Below, one piece after another: positions 47,060 to 55,456 of a stretch of DNA of 64,000 nt (positions within the stretch are counted from its first letter, which is position 1; each line of letters begins with the position of its first letter). The notes under the pieces were generated by a model. The model ran no database searches, was not told where the DNA came from, and worked only from the letters and a program-made list of their open reading frames with translations. The stretch comes from Patescibacteria group bacterium. Lineage in GTDB: Bacteria; Patescibacteriota; Patescibacteriia; UBA9934. The position numbers and the translations under genes were made by a program. The stretch lies in contig JBAZUI010000003.1 in the NCBI GenBank assembly GCA_041661425.1, positions 10,446 through 74,445 on the forward strand. Reading direction: 5' to 3'.

Positions 47060-48157
47060 TTTGAACATCGAAAAAAAGAATTCTTCTGGCAAGTTGCTTT
47101 CACGGCTTTTATTTTTTCCGTGATTGCCGGAGCGGCCTCGGGATTGATTGCCGCGGTGCTCGCAAATCAATCTCTTGATCATTATTATCAAACCTTGCTC
47201 GAGGAACAAGAATTCGCCGCCATCTCACAGGTGCGACCCGAAGCCATCCCGGGAACCTATGAAGAGGCACTCTCTGTGGTACATACAAATCTCTCCAAAA
47301 CAATTGGATTCGTTCATGCAAAATCAACGGATGCTTCGACTGTTTCCGGTTTGCAAATTGCCGATGGATATACCGGAGCCTGTGCGATTATTACAAACGA
47401 TGGATGGATGGCCTGCTACGAAGATGTTTTTGAGAATTTTTATACACCGATTTCTCAAGCGGAAATGTGGATTGAGGGAAGTCGTTATGCCATCACGTCT
47501 ATGGTTGCGGATTCGCTTTCCGATTTGGTGATGGTGAAAATCGAGGCAACCAATCTTTCCTCGGTCGCATTTGGTGATGCCGCGGGAACGAACGAGGGGA
47601 CCATGCTTTTTGCCGCCACGCAACCGGAGGAGATTTTTGTAACAAGTTTTTCCGGGAACCCCATGATCGCATCCAAGGTTGCTCTGCCTGATGTTCAATT
47701 TGTAAATGGCTGGTCGCTTTCCACCGGGCTTCCTGCAAGCGCACCGCTTTTTAATTCCTCTGGCAAACTCGTGGCATTGGGAAGTGGCAGTGAAGCCATT
47801 TCCTTAACCGTGGCTTGGTCGGCCATCGAATCAACCATTGCCAAAGGTGAGATTTCACATGCGTCCATGGGGGTGACTGTCATTTCTATCCCGGATATGC
47901 TCAATGCTTCTGCAACGGCATTTCCGGAACAGGGAGCGTTGATTACCGCGATTGCCGTGGATTCTCCGGCTGAGCTTTCCGGATTTTTGGTGGGGGACGT
48001 GATTCTTTCCATTGGAGGAACATCAATTGAAAAAACAAATCTTGCCGAGGTTCTTGCGGGTTATGAAGTGGGAGATGTCGCGAATGTTGAATTCTCCCGC
48101 GAGGGGGAGATTCAAAAAGTGGATGTGGCATTCGGTTCCTCTGAAATGATTTTCTAG
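47060..48157 (+). CDS. HtrA-like trypsin-fold protein with C-terminal PDZ domain, probable pseudoprotease
   Basis: Trypsin-fold layout with DLVMVKIE. Expected GNSGGPL is replaced by LPASAPL (Ser to Ala) and the His region is altered. PDZ GALITAIAVDSPAE...GDVILSIGG. Confidence 0.5.
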   Translation, partial: FEHRKKEFFWQVAFTAFIFSVIAGAASGLIAAVLANQSLDHYYQTLLEEQEFAAISQVRPEAIPGTYEEALSVVHTNLSKTIGFVHAKSTDASTVSGLQIADGYTGACAIITNDGWMACYEDVFENFYTPISQAEMWIEGSRYAITSMVADSLSDLVMVKIEATNLSSVAFGDAAGTNEGTMLFAATQPEEIFVTSFSGNPMIASKVALPDVQFVNGWSLSTGLPASAPLFNSSGKLVALGSGSEAISLTVAWSAIESTIAKGEISHASMGVTVISIPDMLNASATAFPEQGALITAIAVDSPAELSGFLVGDVILSIGGTSIEKTNLAEVLAGYEVGDVANVEFSREGEIQKVDVAFGSSEMIF

Positions 48158-48158
48158 T

Positions 48159-48755
48159 ATGCCGAATTGGGGGAAGATCATCCGTTCATGGCCGAGCGAA
48201 CGGATGCTTGTTTTTACAACAGTGATTGGCGCGCTTTTTTGCCTCGGTCTTTTTTTCTTGCATGACCATGAATCTGCCTCGAAACTCACCATCCGTTTCT
48301 CGAGAGATGTGGGAAGTGAAGATGTATTTGGAAATCGATTGGATTTTTTATCCATGATCAATGAGATGGATGGGGTGATAGGGAACGAAGATTTTTTTGA
48401 TGAGATGGTGAGGCAGTATCCGGATATCGATGAGAATTATTTTTTAACGCAGGATTGGGAGCGGACAATCGTCTGGCGTATCTCTCCAGGGAAGAATGAT
48501 TTACATCTCACGATTTATCACGAGGATCAAACACAAGGTGCGTTGATAGCGAATGCGGTTGCGATGTTAGTAAAAGATCAGATGGATGAAGGATGGATCG
48601 TGACTGTTTCCGAGGAAGTTGAAACAAGCATCATGAGTGCGCGACCGAATGTATTGGTTTTTGTTTTTTGTGGGGCGATGTATGGATTTTTATTTGGGGT
48701 GAGTTTTGTGGTGATTGAGAAAGGAACAAAAAAACGCCGACATGAGATTACGTGA
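48159..48755 (+). CDS. Hypothetical bitopic protein (TM at both ends; Wzz/PCP-like topology)
   Basis: ORF overlaps the previous stop. Topology only. Confidence 0.35.
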   Translation: MPNWGKIIRSWPSERMLVFTTVIGALFCLGLFFLHDHESASKLTIRFSRDVGSEDVFGNRLDFLSMINEMDGVIGNEDFFDEMVRQYPDIDENYFLTQDWERTIVWRISPGKNDLHLTIYHEDQTQGALIANAVAMLVKDQMDEGWIVTVSEEVETSIMSARPNVLVFVFCGAMYGFLFGVSFVVIEKGTKKRRHEIT

Positions 48756-48759
48756 CGAA

Positions 48760-49140
48760 TCGCGACCACCCCTCACCCCTCCTTTGAAAGGAGGGGTCTC
48801 CTTCTGGAGCCTCCCCCTTAAGCAAGGGGGAGTAAAGAGGGGGTTATGAAAACCGTGGGGCGACCGGCCGGTCGCCCATAGTAAGCGAAGTGTATGGGGG
48901 TGTAAATTCGATTTTCTTGACACCGGTTTTCTCCTCTGTTAGGTTTGAACCATGAAGCCCCTTGGAAGGGCTCGGTGGAACGGTCGTGACGCCTCCTCCT
49001 CGTCGCGATTCGTCCCCGCCGAGCCTTTCGAGGGGGTTTTTGTTTTTGGGCAGGTCGCAGACCCGCCCGTACGGCGTGATGTAGGGGCATGGCATGCCAT
49101 GCCCATACGCCAAAGCGCGTTTTTTTGCTCATTTTACCCA
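48760..49140. repeat. BIME-like cluster of GC-rich palindromic units
   Basis: CCCCTCCTTTGAAAGGAGGGG, CTCCCCCTTAAGCAAGGGGGAG, GGGCGACCGGCCGGTCGCCC, GGGCAGGTCGCAGACCCGCCC, GGCATGGCATGCCATGCC in series. Confidence 0.6.
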
Positions 49141-49415
49141 TAAAACCCACCAAACCCCTTGACAATCAGCTGGTTTTTTGATATTGTTACGGGTCCGTAA
49201 AAACGGGCGTGACCTTTAAAAAGGCTGGTTTCTGGCCTTCTCTGATTCGGTGTCCGACAACCTACCCTCCTAGGATGTTGTTGACGCCGGGTCATAGAAG
49301 GCTCAGAAGTCAGAAAATGAGCCCCCGCACCCCCGTGCGGGGGGCATAAGCCACAAAACCCCGCCCGTCCTCCCCAGAAAGGAGGCTCCGGGCAAAAACC
49401 AAAAGGAGGGTCACC

Positions 49416-50396
49416 ATGACCCTGTCCCTCGCTCTGTCCCTCGCCCTGTCCCTCGCCACCCCGGCCCTGGCCCAGGACCTCCCGTCCTGCCCGGCTGGCC
49501 ACCACCTCAAGCCCGCCGACGCCGAGTGTGTCGACGATGTGGTGGCGGCCCTGCCGCCGACGGCCGAGTCGGCACAGGCCGCGGCCGATGAGGCCAAGGC
49601 CCTGATCGCGGACCTGCAGCAGCAGGTCCGCGCCTACCGCATCACCCAGGCCACGGCCAACGCCCAGGCCAAGGCCGACCTCGAGCTCGTGATTGCGGGA
49701 CTCAAGTCCCGCATCGAAGAGCTTCAGGCCTTGGTGGCCCGGGGCAAGGCCGACCAGGCCGTGGTCGACGCCCGTCAGGATGACGTCACGGCCCAGGCCC
49801 AGGTCACGGCCAACGAGGCCAAGGCCGACGCGGCCAAGGCCAACAAGGCCGTGGGCGACGCCCGGTACGACATCGCCCAGCTCGGCATCCAGGCCGAGCT
49901 GCAGGAGGTGCGCCTCGGCCACGAAGAGGACGAGGAGGGCAGGATCGGCGCCCACGCGGGCGTCTGGGTCCAGTCCCACGGCGCAATCCCCGGGGTCGGC
50001 GACGAGCTGTCCGCGGGCGTGGTGGGAGGTCTCTCCTGGCGCGAGCGGACCTCTGCCGGCGAGACCTACGCCGACATCGGAGCCGTGCTCGGCTCCGACA
50101 ACATCCTCGGCGGTGCCGTGGAGCTTGGGCGGGTGTGGAACCTGCCCGTGGTCCCGATCGCCATCGGCATCGTGGCCGGGGCCGACGTCGTGGGCTACGA
50201 AGCCTACGATAGCAAGACCTCGTCCTCGTCACTGGGGATCGACGGCCTGGCCGGACCCGCCGTCACCGTCGATCTGGGCGGGGCGGAAGTCGATGTAGTA
50301 CCGGCGTTTTACGTCGGTACCATCCACAACCGGTTTGCCGTCCCGGACAACACGCTCCGGTCCGGCTTCGTCGGCTCGGTGAAGGTGCGGTTCTAG
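49416..50396 (+). CDS. High-GC island 2 secreted protein: signal peptide, Ala-rich coiled coil, beta-rich C-terminus ending in Phe (OMP-like)
   Basis: MTLSLALSLALSLATPALAQ signal. GC3 >85%. Terminal ...VKVRF. Confidence 0.55.
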   Translation: MTLSLALSLALSLATPALAQDLPSCPAGHHLKPADAECVDDVVAALPPTAESAQAAADEAKALIADLQQQVRAYRITQATANAQAKADLELVIAGLKSRIEELQALVARGKADQAVVDARQDDVTAQAQVTANEAKADAAKANKAVGDARYDIAQLGIQAELQEVRLGHEEDEEGRIGAHAGVWVQSHGAIPGVGDELSAGVVGGLSWRERTSAGETYADIGAVLGSDNILGGAVELGRVWNLPVVPIAIGIVAGADVVGYEAYDSKTSSSSLGIDGLAGPAVTVDLGGAEVDVVPAFYVGTIHNRFAVPDNTLRSGFVGSVKVRF

Positions 50397-50810
50397 AGCG
50401 CAACGCTCGAACCGCCGCCCTCACCAACTACGTGTTCGCGGGGATTAATCAAGTGCACTGCACAAGATTCTTCCCCGCGGATGCAACTTATCAAGAATTG
50501 TTACGGATGCTCTTCTAGTGTGAAGAACAGCCATAAGACTTCTTGAAAATTGAGGAAGTCAAGAACATTCAAATCGAAAATACAACGAACATCTGCGATG
50601 GTGCCGTCCACATGAGTGCTGATTAGCACTGAAGGATTGCCGACTAGACTAAATGGTTCCAAAGAAATTTTTGGCACTCATGAGTCGTCGCCATGGCAGA
50701 TGTTCGAAAGCTGCCTCCGCCCGCCCTTGGGGCGGCGGCAAAGTTTCCGCTCGCGACCCATCCCGGGTCTACGAGCAAGTGTCTAAACCTAGAAGTCCTT
50801 GGAGGACACC

Positions 50811-52016
50811 ATGATCCGATTCGCCCTGCTCCTCGCCGCCCTCGCCCTCTCCGCCTGCACCGGGGACCTTTTTGTCCCCGACAAGGCCGACGACGACGGC
50901 GACACCGACACCCCCACCGACGTCGACACCGACGGCGACGGGTACGACACCGACGTCGACTGCAACGACCACTCGGCCAGCGTCCACCCGGGCGCCACCG
51001 AGCTCTGCAACAACGTCGACGATGACTGCGACGGGTACGTCGACGAGGGCCTGGACTGCAACGACGCCGTCGACGCCGCCGGCGATGGCTATGCCTACGC
51101 CGACGACTGCGACGACTCCGACGTTTCCGTCCACCCCGGCGCCACCGAGACCTGCAACGGCATCGACGACGACTGCGACGACGACGTCGACGAAGGCATC
51201 GATTGCGATGCCGACGACGATGACGACGGCTACAGCGCCGCCGACGACTGCGACGACACCGACGCCTCCGTCCACCCCGGCGCGACCGAGACCTGCAACG
51301 AGGTCGACGACGACTGCGACAACGAGGTCGACGAGGACGTGACCGATACCTACTACCTCGACGACGACGGCGACGAGTACGGCGACCCCGACCACTCGGT
51401 CGAGGCCTGCGACGCGCCCGCCGGCTACGTCGACAACGACGACGACTGCGACGATGACGACGACGACGTCTACCCCGCCGCCGACGAGGACTGCAACGAC
51501 GGCGTCGACAACGACTGCGACGGCGACGAGGACGACGACGATGATGACTGCGATAGCGGCATCGTCTGCGATCCGGACGACAGCGACGACGTGGCCGACG
51601 GCTGCGTCGAAGTCTGCTGGTACCCCGACCCGGGGTCCGGCGCTGGCAACGACGTCGACGCCACGGTCTACGACCTGTGGTTCGGCGTCGAGACCATCGC
51701 CTCCGACGACACCATCGACCTCGTCGTGGTCGACTCCGGTTCGGCGTCGGGCATCTGCGTCGGCCTCTATGAGGACGACCTGGACGAGCTCCGCGTGAAC
51801 GTGGGGTTCGAGTTCGACGACGACGACTGGTCGGTCGACGGGGCATGGGACTCCGATTCCGATGATTTGGACGAGTGGTGGGCCTGCTCCACCTACTCGA
51901 CCGAAAACGGCGGGTTCTGGGGCCAGTTCACGGTCGACGGCGACACTGCCGACGACGTGGACGCCATCGACAACCCGGAGGAATCCGGGTACGACTGCCA
52001 GCTGAACAGCTGGTAG
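50811..52016 (+). CDS. High-GC island 2 lipoprotein with tandem MopE-type putative metal-binding repeats
   Basis: RBS GGAGGA precedes the ATG. Lipobox LALSAC. Four or more repeats DCDD.D.SVHPGATE.CNG.DDDCDG.VDEG. Asp-rich. Confidence 0.65.
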   Translation: MIRFALLLAALALSACTGDLFVPDKADDDGDTDTPTDVDTDGDGYDTDVDCNDHSASVHPGATELCNNVDDDCDGYVDEGLDCNDAVDAAGDGYAYADDCDDSDVSVHPGATETCNGIDDDCDDDVDEGIDCDADDDDDGYSAADDCDDTDASVHPGATETCNEVDDDCDNEVDEDVTDTYYLDDDGDEYGDPDHSVEACDAPAGYVDNDDDCDDDDDDVYPAADEDCNDGVDNDCDGDEDDDDDDCDSGIVCDPDDSDDVADGCVEVCWYPDPGSGAGNDVDATVYDLWFGVETIASDDTIDLVVVDSGSASGICVGLYEDDLDELRVNVGFEFDDDDWSVDGAWDSDSDDLDEWWACSTYSTENGGFWGQFTVDGDTADDVDAIDNPEESGYDCQLNSW

Positions 52017-52191
52017 AGTCCCACCCTCCGCCCTCTCTCTCAACTCCCGGCCGAGAACTACATGCGTCTGCGTGTGGTGCTCGTGTCCGGGGGTTTTTCG
52101 TTTTCACGTCATTGCAGGAGGCCTCATGGCCGACGCCTGCCCGTCCGAAGCTCCGATTATCCATCGTAGCTTTAGCGAAGACGGAAGGAGC

Positions 52192-52287
52192 GAAGGCGGG
52201 AAGCAATCTATCCGAACAGTTTGCTTCGTCCTCCCCTTGGTCGTCCTTCCGCCTTCGTCTTCTTCGGCGGACAGGCGCAATGACGGC
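52192..52287. repeat. Left arm of ~100-bp inverted repeat flanking rpsB-tsf
   Basis: Reverse complement matches 54104-54229 apart from a 33-bp insertion in the right arm. Contains GAAGCAATCT...AGATTGCTTC hairpin and GCGCAATGACGGC end. Confidence 0.7.
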
Positions 52288-52292
52288 AGAAG

Positions 52293-52354
52293 GGCGGGTC
52301 ACAGACCCGCCCGTACGTAAATCAATTCTGTAGGGGCAGGTCTGTGACCTGCCC
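52293..52354. repeat. Two head-to-head REP-like palindromes GGGC(G/A)GGTCACAGACC(C/T)GCCC
   Basis: Separated by GTACGTAAATCAATTCTGTA. Same family at 37246, 38243, 42024, 49048, 54261. Confidence 0.7.
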
Positions 52355-52510
52355 TTTTGGCGAATCCTTGACGAATCCCCATGTTTCCCCTACAATTCCC
52401 ACCAATCGCAACTGTCCTTCTAATCAATCAGGTTTGGGCGATATCCACTGGTTTCCTCCCAATTTATTGGGTCCAATGGATTCAAACCGCAGTCTAAAAG
52501 GAAAATTTCT

Positions 52511-53350
52511 ATGACCCACATCCCATCCATGCTCGATATGCTCAAGGCCGGCGTCCACTTTGGACATCGCACCAGCCGTTGGCATCCTAAAATGAAGTCC
52601 TATATTTTCGGCGCTCGCGGAGGCGTTCACGTCATTGACATCGAACAGACCCGCGCTCGTTTGGAAAAAATTCTGACGGATATTGAAAAGATGATTGCCG
52701 ACGGTGGCGTGATCATGTTCATTGGCACCAAAAAGCAAGTGCAGGATTTGGTCGCAAAGTACGCCAATGAATGCAATATGCCTTATGTCAACACGCGTTG
52801 GCTTGGAGGAACATTCACGAATTTTCCGGAAATCCATAAGCTTATTAAAAAGTATTTGGACCTCAAGGATAAACGTGTAAAAGGGGAACTCAAAAAATAT
52901 ACCAAGCTCGAACAATTGCAGTTTGATCGCAAAATTGAAGATCTTGATGGCCAAATCGGCGGAATCTCCATTCTCAAAGATTTACCAGATGCGGTATTCG
53001 TGCTTGATATGCGTCACGATAAAACAGCAGTGACCGAAGCGCGTTTGCGTGGCATCAAGGTGATTGGAATCTGCGACACCAATGTCAATCCGGAAATGGC
53101 CGATGAAGTTATTCCAGCCAATGATGATTCTGTTGCTTCTGTCACGATGATCACAAAATTGATTACCGAAGCCGTTCACGGCGGAAAGAGCAATGCCAAA
53201 AAAGCGATTGAACGTCGCGAGGCAGAACGCAAGGCCCGTGAAGAAGAATTGGCCGTGACCGCGGCTTCAAAAGCAACGGTCGAAGTGCTCGATGATGAAA
53301 TCAAAGAGAAACTCGCAAACGAAAAAATCGCTCAATTAAAAACGAAATAA
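52511..53350 (+). CDS. rpsB: 30S ribosomal protein S2
   Basis: LKAGVHFGHRTSRWHPKM... Confidence 0.95.
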   Translation: MTHIPSMLDMLKAGVHFGHRTSRWHPKMKSYIFGARGGVHVIDIEQTRARLEKILTDIEKMIADGGVIMFIGTKKQVQDLVAKYANECNMPYVNTRWLGGTFTNFPEIHKLIKKYLDLKDKRVKGELKKYTKLEQLQFDRKIEDLDGQIGGISILKDLPDAVFVLDMRHDKTAVTEARLRGIKVIGICDTNVNPEMADEVIPANDDSVASVTMITKLITEAVHGGKSNAKKAIERREAERKAREEELAVTAASKATVEVLDDEIKEKLANEKIAQLKTK

Positions 53351-53363
53351 TTAGAGACCTTGC

Positions 53364-53469
53364 AAAACTCGCGATCTGTTGGCTTGCGGGGCCCTGCCAT
53401 CTCCTCAACGTACACTCTGGTACGTCTCGGAGACTGGCTGTCCCGCGCACCAACATCTCATCGAGTTTT
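53364..53469 (+). ncRNA. Copy B of the ~106-nt structured intergenic element (rpsB-tsf spacer)
   Basis: AAACTCGCGATCTGTTGG...CCAACATCTCATCGAGTTT outer helix plus three inner helices. Confidence 0.55.
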
Positions 53470-53499
53470 GCGAAGGTCCAAGTATAATTCTATTTTTCT

Positions 53500-54099
53500 A
53501 TGGACATAAAAGCAGGGGATGTCCTTCAATTGCGACAAAAAACCGGCGTCGGCATGATGGAGGCAAAAAAAGCTCTTACCGAGGCCGAGGGTAATATCGA
53601 AAAAGCCATTGAATGTCTCAGAAAATCCGGAGCCGCAAAAGCTCAAAAACGTGCAGAACGCACAACCGCGCAAGGACGTGTGGAATGTTATTCCCATGCC
53701 GGCGGAAAAATTGGTGTGCTCGTGGAAGTGCAATGCGAAACGGATTTTGTGGCACTCAATGATCAATTCATTGAATTTTGTCATGATCTTGCTTTGCACG
53801 TTGCCGCTTCCAGTCCACTTTATGTAAACCGTGAAGATGTGCCGGAAGAGATGATCGCAAAGGAAAAGGAAATCATTCGTGAGCAAATTGCTGCTGAGGG
53901 TGGCAATAAGCCGGCAGAAATTGTTGAAAAGATTGTGGAAGGAAAGATCGCCAAGTATTTGCAAGATATTGTGTTGATGGACCAGACATTTATCAAAGAT
54001 GAGGATGTGACCATTCGAGCCTTGCTCGAATCGAAGATTCTCTCCATCGGGGAAAATATTCGCATCGCCCGCATTGCGCGATTACAAATTGGGGAATAG
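53500..54099 (+). CDS. tsf: Elongation factor Ts
   Basis: LRQKTGVGMMEAKKALTEAEGNIEKAIE UBA-like N-terminus. Confidence 0.9.
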   Translation: MDIKAGDVLQLRQKTGVGMMEAKKALTEAEGNIEKAIECLRKSGAAKAQKRAERTTAQGRVECYSHAGGKIGVLVEVQCETDFVALNDQFIEFCHDLALHVAASSPLYVNREDVPEEMIAKEKEIIREQIAAEGGNKPAEIVEKIVEGKIAKYLQDIVLMDQTFIKDEDVTIRALLESKILSIGENIRIARIARLQIGE

Positions 54100-54103
54100 C
54101 GGC

Positions 54104-54229
54104 GCCGTCATTGCGCCTGTCCGCCGAAGAAGACGAAGGCGGAAGGACGACCAACCTATTTTCCCTGCCGTCATTGCGAGGACGACCAAAGGGAGGACGA
54201 AGCAATCTGTTCGAATAGATTGCTTCGTC
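54104..54229. repeat. Right arm of inverted repeat flanking rpsB-tsf
   Basis: See 52192-52287. Carries two CGTCATTGCG(C/A) units. Confidence 0.7.
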
Positions 54230-54289
54230 GGCCATGAGGCCTTCTCGCAATGACGTGAGAGGGCGGGTCAAAAGACCTGCTCTTTTCGA

Positions 54290-54410
54290 TTTGTCATAGG
54301 GGCGACCGTTTGTTCATGCTATTCATAACCCCCTCTTTACTCCCCCTTGTTTAAGGGGGAGGCTCATAGAGTTCCCCCTCCTTTCAAAGGAGGGGGAAGG
54401 GGTGGTTCCC
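54290..54410. repeat. BIME-like palindrome cluster, inverted relative to 48760-49140
   Basis: CTCCCCCTTGTTTAAGGGGGAG and CCCCCTCCTTTCAAAGGAGGGGG. Confidence 0.6.
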
Positions 54411-54451
54411 GAATGCGATATGATATAATCATCTATATCGTTCGGAGGAAT

Positions 54452-55453
54452 ATGGTACGTATTGCCATCAATGGGTTTGGCCGGATTGGACGCCAGGCGT
54501 TCAAGGCGGGTTTTGGGCGTGAAGACGTCCAATTTGTCGCGATCAATGATTTGGGTGCGCCGGAAATCCTCGCCCATCTTTTGAAATACGATACGCAGTA
54601 CGGCGTTTGGGATGTGCCCATTGAGGCCAAGAAAAATCTCCTCAAGGTTGATGGAAAAAAGATTCAAGTCTTTTCGGAAAAAGATCCGGCAAATCTCCCG
54701 TGGAAAAAATTGAACGTCGATATTGTGATTGAATCAACCGGCGTTTTTCTCACAGAAGATGATTGTTTGCCGCATCTTGTGGCCGGCGCAAAACGTGTGA
54801 TCATCTCTGCGCCAGCCAAGGGCGGGCATGTGCCGACTTATCTCGTTGGCGTCAATACCGAAAAGCTCGAAAATGATTTTTCACGCATCATTAATTGCGC
54901 CTCGTGCACCACGAATTGTGTGGCCCCGATGCTTGCCGTTCTCGATGAAGCGTTTGGGATTAAGAAAGCCATGATGACCACTATCCACAGCTATACCTCA
55001 AATCAAAATCTCGTGGACGGTCCGCACAAGGATCCTCGCCGGGCTCGTGCCGCTGCCATGAATATGATTCCAACGAGCACGGGAGCGTCGGAAGCGACCG
55101 CGGATATTTTTCCAAATCTTACGGATCGTTTTGACGGTCTTTCCATTCGTATTCCGCTTCCGGTTGTTTCGTTAACGGATCTTACGGTTGTTCTTAAGAA
55201 ACGAACGACTGTCGAGAAGGTCAATACCGTTTTTAAAAAAGCCTCTCGTACTCATCGTTGGGAGGGAATTCTCGGCGCAACCGAGGAACCTTTGGTTTCC
55301 TCGGATTATATCGGCGATGCGCATTCGGCTGTGGTCGATTTGCCGCTCACGCGTTTGGTGGATGGTGATCTTCTCAAGGTGACGGCGTGGTACGATAATG
55401 AATGGGGATATGCAAATCGTCTGATTGACTTGGCGGTTCTTGCTTCCAACTAG
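54452..55453 (+). CDS. gap: Glyceraldehyde-3-phosphate dehydrogenase
   Basis: RBS GGAGG then ATG at 54452. INGFGRIGR, ASCTTNCVAP active-site Cys. Confidence 0.9.
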   Translation: MVRIAINGFGRIGRQAFKAGFGREDVQFVAINDLGAPEILAHLLKYDTQYGVWDVPIEAKKNLLKVDGKKIQVFSEKDPANLPWKKLNVDIVIESTGVFLTEDDCLPHLVAGAKRVIISAPAKGGHVPTYLVGVNTEKLENDFSRIINCASCTTNCVAPMLAVLDEAFGIKKAMMTTIHSYTSNQNLVDGPHKDPRRARAAAMNMIPTSTGASEATADIFPNLTDRFDGLSIRIPLPVVSLTDLTVVLKKRTTVEKVNTVFKKASRTHRWEGILGATEEPLVSSDYIGDAHSAVVDLPLTRLVDGDLLKVTAWYDNEWGYANRLIDLAVLASN

Positions 55454-55456
55454 CGC

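Noticed and set aside
49134-52043. Arg/Gly/Val-rich ORFs on the minus strand of island 2 (for example 50644..51846, 50769..52043, 49804..50232)
   Set aside because: Antisense mirrors of the plus-strand lipoprotein and OMP-like genes. Extreme low complexity (poly-Arg).
52072-54271. Short ORFs 52072..52320 (+), 51928..52302 (-) and 53993..54271 (-)
   Set aside because: They translate the inverted-repeat arms (shared peptide LVVLPPSSSSADRRNDG arises from the same repeat read in both copies). Treated as non-coding repeat sequence.
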